A DNA stretch of 63,385 nt, the filler included, from Octopus bimaculoides (lineage: Eukaryota): NCBI RefSeq assembly GCF_001194135.2. It is 5 parts of 4 records of this genome, joined end to end, with 100 filler letters (N's around TTAATTAATTAA, not from the genome) between each part and the next. Parts side by side here need not be neighbours in the genome. Positions count along the whole stretch, not along the records: positions 9,426 to 36,362 come from NC_068983.1; positions 36,463 to 53,972 come from NC_068993.1; 3 more parts are not named here. One strand, 5' to 3'. Position 1 is the stretch's first letter. Each line of letters begins with the position of its first letter. The position numbers and the translations under genes are program-made. The notes below the pieces were generated by a model. It saw only the letters and a list, made by a program, of their open reading frames with translations. It was not told the DNA's origin and searched no databases. This document shows positions 28,013 through 38,980 of this stretch, in pieces.

Positions 28013-28749
28013 CTATACCAATTAATGTTTTACTTTTTTTTTGTATTATGTGTGTGTGTGTGTGTGTTATTAACGACTTAATTTAAGCAGAGTACCAAAT
28101 ATATCTCATGGCATTATGTAATTTCTGTTCTGAGTCCAAGTCTTTCCAAAACCTTCTTTAATTATGATTCCATCAATATCAAGAATGTTTTCGAAGAATA
28201 TTAGACCAAGCTTTAGTATTTTATCAGTACTTTATTTTATCAATAGGGAAAGGATGAAAGGCAAAGTTCACCTCATTGGTAATTAAACTCAGAACATCAA
28301 GGGCCATAGCTAAATGTCAAAAGCATTTATATAATGCTCCGCTGATTCTACTAGCCCAGTGCTTTTCAACTTTGCCTTTCAGCCCTCTTGGATTGTTGCT
28401 TAATTCCAGGTCAACACTGATGGAACAGACCTAAAATCAAAGGCATCCCAATCAAGACCATTCTGTTTGTGTGTGTGTGCACGCGTTGCACACACATACA
28501 CACACAGAAGCAGGTGCTGAAAAGCTCCTGGCTCTAGTTAAAAGAAAATACATGAGGATCAGTTAATTATGATTTTGATGATGATGATTCTCCTCTCAGA
28601 TTCACACACTTATTGCAGCAGTCCTTCAGTTTTTCTTAAACTTTAAAAGAACTCAGAAGGTTAGGCCTTCAACCAGGTCTTTCAGAACACCCTTAAAGTC
28701 AGGAACTTTTCAACACTCCCTCATCTGTATATATATATATATATATATA

Positions 28750-29160
28750 TTCTTTTACTTGTTTCAGTCATGAAACTGCTGCCATGCTGGGGCACTACCC
28801 TGAAGAATTTTAGTCAAATGAATCAACCCCAGTACTTATTCTTTTAACGCCTGATACTTATTCTATCAGCCTCTTCTGCTGAACCGTTAAGTTACAGGGA
28901 CATAAACACACCAACACCAATTGTCAAGCAGTGGTGGGAGACAAACACAGACACAAAACACACACACACACACACACACNNNNNNNNNNNNNNNNNNNNN
29001 NNNNNNNNNNNNNNNNNNNNNNNNNNNNNNNNNNNNNNNNNNNNNNNNNNNNNNNNNNNNNNNNNNNNNNNNNNNNNNNNNNNNNNNNNNNNNNNNNNNN
29101 NNNNNNNNNNNNNNNNNNNNNNNNNNNNNNNNNNNNNNNNNNNNNNNNNNNNNNNNNNNN

Positions 29161-29198
<38 letters not shown>

Positions 29199-29380
29199 GC
29201 ACATGCACATATATACGATGGGCTTTTTTCAGTTTCCATCAACCAAATTCACTCACGAAGCTTTGGGCAGCCGAAGGCTACAGCAGAAGACACTTGCCCT
29301 AGGTGCCACACAGTGGGACTGAACCCAGAACCATGTGATTAAGAAGCAAACTTTTTGCCACACAGCCTTGCCTGCGCCTA
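28750..29380 (-). mobile_element. SINE family A (spans a gap in its internal microsatellite)
   Basis: Both ends match family A in reverse complement. Confidence 0.8.
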
Positions 29381-29406
29381 TATATATCATCTAGAACTTA
29401 GTTGGA

Positions 29407-29524
29407 GTTTACACCAATATCACATTAACAATGTCGTTGCTCACCTGCTCATTGAAATTAAGCAATGTCAAGCCTAATTAGTACTTAAACTGGTGACTGC
29501 TTCAGAAATTTAGGTACTGTAAAC
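29407..29524 (+). pseudogene. Decayed full-length 5S rRNA copy or 5S-derived SINE head
   Basis: Aligns without gaps by eye to the metazoan 5S consensus, e.g. taagcaatgtcaagcctaattagtacttaaactggtgactgc vs taagcagggtcgggcctggttagtacttggatgggagaccgc; ~118 nt. Confidence 0.7.
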
Positions 29525-30490
29525 ATCATTAATTTAGGCACAGACATAGCTGTGTGATTAAGAAGTTTGCTTTGCACTACTTAGTCTGAGATTCAATAAA
29601 ACTGCATAGCACCTTGGATATGTGTCTTCTGCTTTGGCCTCAGGCTGAAGTGTGTATACACACACACACACACACACACATATGTATATATATATATATA
29701 TAGGTACTGGTGTGGTGGTGTGGTATTTTGCTTCCCAACCACATGGTTCCAAGTGCGTGGCACCTTGAGCAAATGTCTTTTACTTCAGCCTCAGGCCAAC
29801 CAAAGCCTTGTGAGTGGATTTCACAGACAGAAACGGAAAAAATCTCATTGTGTGTGTTTACGTGTGTGTGTGTGTGTGTGTGTGTGTCTTTGTTGTTTAT
29901 GTTTGTCCCCCAACCACTGCTTGACAAATGATGTTGGTGTATTTACATACCTGTAACTTAGCAGATAGACAAAAGAGACTGATAGAATAAGTACCAGGCT
30001 TTAAACAAAATAAGTACTGGAGTTGATTCATTCAATGAAAATTCTTCAAGATAGTGCCTCAGCATGGCCACAGTCTAATGACTGAAACAAGTAAAAGATT
30101 AAAGATACATGCATTTTCATGCCAGTATGTGTTTTTGTTCCTGTATGTCTTTGCATTAACACTGCCTGGGCGGCGGATGATGTTTGTTTGTCCTGTAGCT
30201 CAGCTTACCTGCAGAGCAGTTATTCAATCATCTAGTTGAAAAAGATACTTTCATTTCTTTATCGTTGAAACCTGATGTTTATGGAAAAAATATTTCAATT
30301 GGTAGGTTATAAAGCTATTATCAACTTCTTTAATTTTAATGTTCACTACATTAAAAGTATTAACACTAACTTTATTGAATTTGATTGAATTTCTGAAATA
30401 AGTAATTATCATCATTATATACAGATTTATTTGAACTATCATATTTTCTGGCAGAAAATGTAAATATGTAAACATTTTTACTTATCTTGA

Positions 30491-32316
30491 AGTCAATGAG
30501 GAAACTAGGGCTAGATGAATGGTTAGTGAGAGCTGTGCAAGCCATGTACAAGAATGCTGTCGGTAAGGTAAGGTTTGGCAACGAGTAGTGAAGAATTGCA
30601 AGTAGGGATAGGGTCCACCAAGGATCAGTCCTCAGCCCCCTCTTATTCATCATGGTCCTCCAGGCAGTAACAGAGGAATTCAAGACAGGATGCCCCTTGG
30701 AGCTTCTCTATGCTGATGACCTTGCTCTAATTGCTGAATCACTATCAGAACTAGAGGAAAAGTTTCAGGTGTGGAAGCAAGGATTAGAATCGAAGGGCCT
30801 TAGAGTCAACCCAGCTAAAACCAAAGTCTTAATAAGTAGGAAGGCATCAAACCACAAATCCCTTCAGGTAGACGGCCCTGCTCAATCTATAGAAAAGGTG
30901 TAGGTAGAAACTCCATAAGATGTACCCAGTGTAAGCTATGGACACATAAGAGGTGCAGCCTTCAAAGGAAGGCTAACTGGGAAGATGGTTTTTGTGTGTG
31001 GCAAATGCTCAGGTGCTATAAACACTGAAAATGTGCAGAGAACAGCTTCTGTCACATTCCAGAGAGAAAAACTACAAGTTGTTCATAGCTTCCGTTACCT
31101 AGGGGACCAAGTCAGTAGCAGGGGTGGATGCTCTGAAAGTGTAGCTGCTAGAATAAGAATAGCCTGGGCAAAGTTCAGAGAGCTCCTACCTCTGCTGGTG
31201 ACAAAAGCCTCTCACTCAGAGTAAAAGGTAGACTGTATGACGCATGTGTATGAACAGCCATGCTATATGGCAGTGAAACATGGGCTGTGACTGCTGAAGA
31301 CATGTGTAAGCTTGCAAGGAATGAAGCCAGTATGCTCCGCTGGATGTGTAATGTCAGTGTGCATACACAACAGAGTCTAAGCGCCCTGAGAGAAAAGTTT
31401 GATTTAAGAAGCATCAGATGTGTTGTGCAAGAGAGATGACTGTGCTGGTATGGTCATGTGTTGCAAATGAATGAGGACAGCTGTGTGAAAAAGTGCCACA
31501 CCCTAGCAGTTGAGGGAACCTGTGNNNNNNNNNNAAGTGCCACACCCTAGCAGTTGAGGGAACCTGTGGAAAAGGTAGACTCAGGAAAACCTGGGATGAG
31601 GTGGTGAAGCACGACCTTTGAACATTAGGCCTTACCAAGGAAATGACTAGTGACCGAGACCTTTGGAGATATACTGTGCTTGAGAAGTCCCAACAAGCCA
31701 AGTGAGACCATAGCCCATGGCCTATGCCAGTGGGTGTAACCAGCCCACTTATGAATACCCCTCATTCATTGGACAATGAACTTTGCTTGCGAAGACCTAT
31801 TGAGGCAAGTGAAAACAAATCAAAATCACTGACATGGCCAATGACAGTATCTCCTGATTGTCACTCGTGCCAGTGGAACATTAAAAGCACATCCAAGTAT
31901 GATCGTTGCCAGGGCCACGGATTGGCTCCCATGCCGGTGGTACATGAAAAGTACCATTCAACTGTGGTCGTTGCCAGCGTTGCCTTACCGGCACATGCAC
32001 CGGTTGTACGTGCAAGTAACATTCGAGCGTGGTCATTGCCAGTGCCACCGGACTGGCTCCCGTGCAGGTAGCACATAAAAAACACCTTTTGAGCATGGCT
32101 ATTGCCAGAACCGCCTGACTAGCCCTCGTGCTGGTGGCACGTAAAAGCACCCACTACATTCTCAGAGTGGTTGGCGTTAGGAAGGGCATCCAGCTGTAGA
32201 AACTTTGCCAGATCAGATTGAACCTGGTGCAGCCTCTAGCTCACCAGTCCTCAGTCACACCGTCCAACCCATGCCAGCATGGAAAGCGGACATTAAACGA
32301 TAATGATGATGATGAT
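30491..32316 (+). mobile_element. 5'-truncated RTE-clade LINE (RT domain, C-terminus, 3' UTR ending in (GAT)n)
   Basis: GVHQGSVLSPLLF and LLYADDLAL RT motifs, FRYLG, LYGSETW; several stops and frameshifts. Confidence 0.92.
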
Positions 32317-33025
32317 ATATATGTAATCTTTTACTTATTTCATTCTTTCAACTGCAGGGCTGTGACCATGCTGGGGCACTGGTTTGAAGGATTTTACTTG
32401 AATGAATGAAGCCAAGTAATTATTTTTTATAGATATACCATGATGTTAGAGCTGTATAGTTTTCATGAAGTATTGTCTCATATGTTTTTGATTTTTTTTA
32501 AAACCAAACCAATGCATGTTATAAAACTAATACAGGTTGATAGTTTTACTTGGTTTTTCATTATTTCAGGGTTAGGCCCCTTCTTCATGAAATTATTGGA
32601 GTAAAGTTGTTATTTGCTAACTTCTCTGTCCTGTACACACACACTACAGAACAGAAAAGTCAGTGATGTACGTATATATCATCATCATTTAGTGTCTGTT
32701 TTCCATGCTGGCTTGGTTAGACAAGTTGACTGGAGCTGGAGAGCTGCACCAGGCTCCAGTCTATTTTAGCTTGTTTTTTTTTTGTATGGCTGGATGCCCT
32801 TCTTAATGCCAACCACTTCACAGAGTGTAGTGGATACCTATTACATGTCATTCCTATCCTCACATATTTTCTTCTATAGACAAACAGACAAATAGACATA
32901 TACATAAACATAAATATATATCCATAGACAAAAAACATGTGAGGATGAGGATAGGGAAAAGAGAAATTTCTTAAACGTATAAATGTAATTTGTGTAACTC
33001 CTGAACATTTTTATTTGTTTTCTAG

Positions 33026-33143
33026 TCAAATATGTACTGGTGTTGACTTTGCTGACTCAGTGGAATTCAAGGATGACTGTCTTCCAACTGCTAACAGAAA
33101 TATGCTTATGTTGGCAGTGAGAATACACGATGATCTGATGGAG
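33026..33143 (+). CDS. IQCB1: IQCB1/NPHP5 orthologue, coding exon 3 (QICTGVDFADSVEFKDDCLPTANRNMLMLAVRIHDDLME)
   Basis: ttttatttgttttctag acceptor, GAG|gtaggt donor, phase 2 to 0 in frame with exon 2; resembles human HCCVGLEPGEDAEEFYNELLPSAAENFLVLGRQLQ (recalled). Confidence 0.88.
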
Positions 33144-33249
33144 GTAGGTCAAAATCAAAAGATTTAAGAATTAACTCTTAAACAATTAAGTGCTGCACTG
33201 TGTCACAAAAATTCATTTATGCAATGAACTTTTTTTTTGTTTTTTCTAT

Positions 33250-33600
33250 TGTGTGGTAAGAAGTTTGCTTCCCAACTGTTTGGTTCTGGGTTCCATCCCA
33301 CTGCATGGCACCTTGAGCAAATGTCTTCTACTATAGCCCCTGACTGACCAAATCTTTGTGAGTAGATTTGGTAGACGGGAACCAAGGAAGACCCATTGTG
33401 TGTGTGTGTGTGTGCGCGCACGTGCCACAGCTTGACAACCAGTGTTGGTTTGTTCTCTAACTTAGCAGTTTGGCAAAAAGAGACCAATCGAATAAGCACC
33501 AGGATTAGAAATAAAAGTACTGGGGGTCGATTTATTTCACGAAATCCTTCAAGGCGTGCCCCAGCTTGGCCGCAGTCTAATGACTGAAACAAGTAAAGGA
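33250..33600 (+). mobile_element. SINE family A
   Basis: Matches the family A consensus. Confidence 0.8.
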
Positions 33601-34719
33601 TATAGAATAAAAGAATTCAGGAGCAGAAGGGCAATTCTTCTGACTCTTTGAGGGTTTGCAGGACTGGTGGTAAGGAAGGAAAAAGGTATCTTCAGACTGG
33701 AGACCTGGACTCCGCTAAAGGCATTCACAATGCCAGATAGTTGTTATTAAACCGGATGACGGATGAAAGCTTAGAAGATTAGTGTCTGCTCACTGCATCA
33801 AACGTTTATTTCATCAATGCAGAATTTCATAGAAAAGAGTTATGCAAGGGAAATAACTCTTTCCATCAGTATCTATGTAAGTAGGCTCATCTGTATGGAG
33901 TAACTTAACGTTAAGGAGTGGAATGTACAGTATCCCGTAATTTAGACCATCTCAAAGCTTTTTTTTATCACTACTTAAACTTCCTGTGACTAAAAAAGTG
34001 TTTATCAAGTATTTTTATATTAATCGCATAAACAAGAGAGTTTTAGTTTTGTAAAACTATTGTATCTAATGTGGGACACCTGGGAAAATGATTTTTTATT
34101 GAATCGTTTAACAGTTAAGGAACTGTCTTTTTTGCTTTAACCTTGCCGTGGTCAGTGTTCTATGAACAATATGATATTCTATATATGGCCACCTCCTGAT
34201 GCTTACTTTTGGTTTTGTTATTTTTAAATATGTATGAAAAGGTTGAAGAATAAATGTAATTTATTAGAAAAATAACATCTCAGAGAGAAGCTTAACTGAT
34301 CTCCCTATGCTATACTCTCAGTACATAAATATACTAGGTATACCTTCACCCTTTCTGGTGTATTAGCTACTTCTTTTTTTTCCATTTATCACTACACCCT
34401 CAATATGGCCCTAGGAAGTGAGTGGAAAAAATAACCACCAAAGTAGCATATGAGCCAAATGATGAGTCCAAGTCAATTGCAAATTTTAGATGAAGGTCTA
34501 AAAATATTGTTGATGGATTTGAGAAGTTTGCTGTTTCAAACTGCAACGAACCAATGAGAAAATACCTTGATATAATGCACGAACTTCGAATATGGTTATG
34601 TTTTTAATACGTGTTTGAAAGAAAATTCATTCTTCATATATTGACCCAGGTTTTATTCCTGCCATGGGAATACATTCTTTTATAGTTGAAAGGATTAAAT
34701 GCCACCATGGATGATAAAA

Positions 34720-35040
34720 TAAGTACCAATTGAGTACTGGGGAGGGTTATGTAATCGACTTATCCCCCCTCCCCCGAAGTTGCTGGCCTTGTACCAAAAT
34801 ATTAAACCGTTGTTGTTGTTGTTGTTAAGGTACTGAGCTAGCAGAATCTTTAACACGCTAGATAAAATGCTTAGCAACATTTCTTCTGTCTTTATGTTCT
34901 GTGTTCAAATTCCGCCAAGGTCAACTTTGCCTTTCATCCCTTCGGGGTCGATAGAATAAGTACAAATCAAGCACTGGGATTGATATAAACAACTAGCCAC
35001 CTCCCCTAAAATTTCAGGCCTTGTGACTATAGTAGAAAGA
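34720..35040 (+). mobile_element. SINE family C unit(s)
   Basis: gttcaaattccgccaaggtcaactttgcctttcatcccttcggggtcg. Confidence 0.75.
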
Positions 35041-35489
35041 ATTATTATTATTATTGGGGTTATCCTTCAGATCTCTGAAGATGATCAGCTTTATACTTCA
35101 TGAATCCTGGGGGGCCTTATTATGCCAATTTCAGCTTGGAATTCATAGTTACATTGGGGGCACATAATCACAGAGTCAGGACTCAGTGGGATTCATGCTT
35201 TCTATGCAACCCTCCTCTTTTTAGCTTCTCTGGTCATATCAAAGTATTATACTTCAGAGTAGAAAGCACTTCACCACAGTGAATGATCTTGAGCAAGATG
35301 TTCCCAGGTAGACTGCTCTGAGATATACATTTTCAAGATTGTCTTGAGCATGTCTTTGGATCTACTAGTTCACTACAGAAGATCAGTTTGGGGAGTCTGG
35401 GGTTGAGCATGCAAACTACATATCCACTACACTGCAGCTGAAAGGTTTTTTAGAGAAGCATACATGTTTGACATATTAGCTCTCTCAAG

Positions 35490-35695
35490 CTCAGTTGTAT
35501 TGGGAATTTTTCACAGGCATGTTATGCAAAAGTGATAGTGAAGGGAAAGCAAAGATAGCCAGCTTTACCTTTGGACATCTGCATCACAGGATCTGGAAAA
35601 GATCTGGTCTGACTACATAAAACAAAACTTGACATAATCAAAGTTGTCATGGTGACTACACTATGGTTGTGAAACCAGGACAGTTTACCAAAGAC
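35490..35695 (+). mobile_element. Degenerate RTE/BovB-like fragment
   Basis: KIASFTFGHLHHRIWKRSGL...TKLDIIKVVMVTTLWL resembles the RTE AFGRL..RVW...TKL.VY..VVL.TLLY region. Confidence 0.45.
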
Positions 35696-35699
35696 GTAA

Positions 35700-36110
35700 A
35701 CACATACATACATACACAGCAATACCGACATACACACATCACCTCACATCTCACCACCAAATCTAACTACAGCTTCTAACCTGTTAGTTCCATTCCTACA
35801 CACATACATCAATCACATAAACACAAACACACACACAATCACTCAAACTAGCCATTTTCACAATCTCCTGCCTTCAACAACTACTTTGTCTGTCTCTCCA
35901 CTTCCAGTCACTTCAGCCATGTAACAACACCTGCTTTTCTTGGACTATTTTTTTCTTTCTCTCCAGACTTTTCCTCTTTCTGATGAAGAACCATGCTCAG
36001 AATGTCACATAACTCCTCTTTTTTCCATCTTAAACTGAGCGTCATTCACTGTGTATGTCCTTTTGACTTTTGATTTTTTTTTCCCATTTCTGTTTTTATT
36101 TTTGATTTGC
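35700..36110 (+). mobile_element. Penelope-like element terminal region
   Basis: C/A-rich then pyrimidine-rich tail ending in tctgatgaagaaccatgctcagaatgtc. Confidence 0.45.
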
Positions 36111-36362
36111 TTTATATATATATATATCATCATCATCATCATCATCATCGTTTAACGTCTGCTTTCCATGCTAGCATGGGTTGGACGATTTGACTGAGGA
36201 CTGGTGAAACCGGATGGCAACACCAGGCTCCAATCTAATTTGGCAGAGTTTCTACAGCTGGATGCCCTTCCTAACGCCAACCACTCAGAGAGTGTAGTGG
36301 GTGCTTTTACGTTTCACCCGCACGAAAACGGCCACGCTCGAAATGGTGTCTTTTATGTGCCA

Positions 36363-36462
36363 NNNNNNNNNNNNNNNNNNNNNNNNNNNNNNNNNNNNNN
36401 NNNNNNTTAATTAATTAANNNNNNNNNNNNNNNNNNNNNNNNNNNNNNNNNNNNNNNNNNNN
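36363..36462. other. Unsized scaffold join (TTAATTAATTAA spacer) between the two convergent partial genes
   Basis: Same pattern as the other three joins. Confidence 0.9.
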
Positions 36463-36652
36463 ATATCACACTCATGTTAAGTGAGCGTGTGTGTGTGTGA
36501 GGATGTGTGTCTTCATGTGTGTAAGGAATTCTATTAGAGCGACAGAGTTGAAAGACCCTTACATAGCATCAGCAGTAAGCTAAGAAAAATCTTTACATGT
36601 CTGCATCAAACAGAAAAGCAAAAACTTAGTTTATCAATATATAATACATTTA

Positions 36653-37375
36653 GTGAGAGCTGTACGAGCCATGTACAGGGATGCTGTAGGTAAGGTGAGG
36701 GTTGGCAACAAGTACAGTGAGGAATTCCGGGTAGAGGTAGGGGTCCACCAAGGTTCAGTCCTCGGCCCCCTCCTCTTTATCATGGTCCTCCAGGCGATAA
36801 CAGAGGAATTCAGGACAGGATACCCCTGGGAGCTCCTCTATGCTGATGACCTTGCACTAATCGCTGAGTCACTATCAGAACTAGAGGAGAGGCTTCAGGT
36901 GTGGAAGCAAGGATTATAATCGAAGGGCCTTGGAGTCAACCTAGCTAAAGCCAAAGTCCTAATATGTAGGAAGGTAGACAAAACACAAACCCCTTCAGGT
37001 AGATGGCCCTGCTCGATCTGTAGCAAAGGCGTAGGTAGAAACTCTATAAGATGCACCCAGTGCAAGCTATGGACACATAATAGGTGCTGCAATATCAAGG
37101 GAAGGTTAACTAGGAAGTTAGTTTTTGTATGTGGCAGATGTTCAGGAGCAATAAACACTGAAAATGTGCAGATAGCAACTTCTGCCACATGCCGGTGGCA
37201 CGTAAAAGCACCCGCTACACTCTCGGAGTGGTTGGCGTTAGGAAGGGCATCCAGCTGTAGAAACTCTGCCAAATCAGATTGGAGCCTGGTGTAGCTATCT
37301 GGTTCACCAGTCATCGGTCAAATCGTCCAACCCATGCTAACATGGAAAGCGGACGTTAAACGATGATGATGATGA
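36653..37375 (+). mobile_element. RTE-clade LINE, RT fragment joined directly to 3' UTR (internal deletion)
   Basis: GVHQGSVLGPLLF...LLYADDLAL; same family as 30491-32316. Confidence 0.9.
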
Positions 37376-37829
37376 AGATTGCTCCAAATAATGCAGACAT
37401 CTGTCCTGATTGAGAGGCCTACCCACCAGAGAAGACATGTATGTGCGTGGATCAGTGGTTAGAGTGTCGGGCTCACAATTATGAGATAATGATTTTGATT
37501 CCTGGGTAGAGATGTGTGTTGTGTTCTTGAGCAAGATACTTTATTGTTCAAGTTCACTCAGCTGTAGAAATGAGTTGTGACATCACTGGTGCCAAGCTGT
37601 ATCAGCCTTTGCCTTTCCTTTGGATAAGATCTGTGATGTGAAGAGGGAAGGTTGGTATGCATGGGCAACTGCTGGTCTTCCATAANNNNNNNNNNCTAGC
37701 ATGGAAAGCGGACGTTAAACGATGATGATGATATATATATAATATGGCTACCAAAAGTATCAGACATCAATGGAGAATGAAGTGTGTGCTGGGTTACGAT
37801 GAGCAAATAAAGTGAGTCCACAGCTGTAA

Positions 37830-38300
37830 CCTACACCAGTGTCACATAACCAGCCCACTCAAAAGTACCTTGATCATAGGGCGACATGCTGTGCTTGAGG
37901 AGACCGATTGAGTCAAGTACATCAGCATCAGCAATATCAAAATCAAAATCAAATGGAAATTGTAGTTGTGAGTCCCATGCCGGTAGCATGTAAAAAGCAC
38001 TATCTGAACGTGGCCGATGCCAGTGCTGCCTTGATTGGCTTCCATTCCGGTAGCACATAAAAAGCACCATCCGACTGCTGTCGATGCCAGCTCCTCTGGC
38101 CCCTTGTGCCAGTGGCACACAAAAAGCACCCATTACACTCTCGGAGTGGTTGGCGTTAGGAAGGGCAATCTAGCTGTAGAAACACTGCCAGATCAGATTG
38201 GGGCCTGGTACAGCCTCCTGGTTTCCCAGACCCCAGTTGAACTGTCCAACCCATGCCAACATGGAAAACGGACGTTAAATGATGATGATGATGATGATTT
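37830..38300 (+). mobile_element. RTE LINE 3' UTR fragment
   Basis: Ends ccaacccatgccaacatggaaaacggacgttaaat(gat)n as in 32316. Confidence 0.8.
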
Positions 38301-38813
38301 TAACTCCAAGCTGTCATGCATCCTCACTTACCAAAACTGAGAAAAATGAAAATATAATTATATTTAATATGAGTGCAGGTGTAGCTGTGTGGTAAGTTTG
38401 CTTCCCAACCACATGGTACCTTGGGCAAGTGACTTCTACTATAGCCCCTGGCTAAACAAAGCCTGGAGTGGATTTGGTAGAGGGGAACTGAACAAAAAAA
38501 TCATTGTAGGTATATATGTGTACATGTGAGTGTGTGTGTGTGGGTGAAAGAGAGAGAATGTGTATATGTTTGTGTCTTGTTTTGCCATCACATGATTGTT
38601 ATACAAACAGTGTCATTCATTTTCAATATACTAAGAGAACATGTCTGGCCATGGGGAAATATTATCTTGTTTGGAAACAAGTGGGGGTTGGTGACAAAAA
38701 GGGCATCCAGCTGTAGAAAATCTGCCTCAATAAACTCCACCCAACTCATGCAAGCATGGAAAAGTGAACTTTAAAAATGATAATAATGATGTATAAACAA
38801 ATGAATTTCTTAC

Positions 38814-38980
38814 TTGGTTTTGATGCATTCAGTTTAATCTGTGTTATTTGTTGATACTTGGTCTCCTTATATGTGTAGTGGACTTTGAACTCTAAATGAA
38901 GTGATATGGTCAAGACTATCTCATCTCTGCTTAAATTCATCGAGGTCAGTGATTTTTGTAAGGAAGTACATTTCCTTGCT
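38814..38980 (-). CDS. Class I cytokine receptor-like gene, coding exon 4 (ARKCTSLQKSLTSMNLSRDEIVLTISLHLEFKVHYTYKETKYQQITQIKLNASKP): second half of the cytokine-binding FN3 domain
   Basis: gccattgcag acceptor, A|gtaaga donor, phase 2 to 1 in frame with exon 3. Confidence 0.72.

Noticed and set aside
30208-30393. Strong minus-strand acceptor/donor pair (possible receptor exon)
   Set aside because: All three frames contain stops before the donor, and the required phase 1 closes after 15 codons
31491-31564. 34-nt direct repeat flanking 10 N
   Set aside because: Overlapping contig ends left unmerged; the RTE reading is continuous if collapsed
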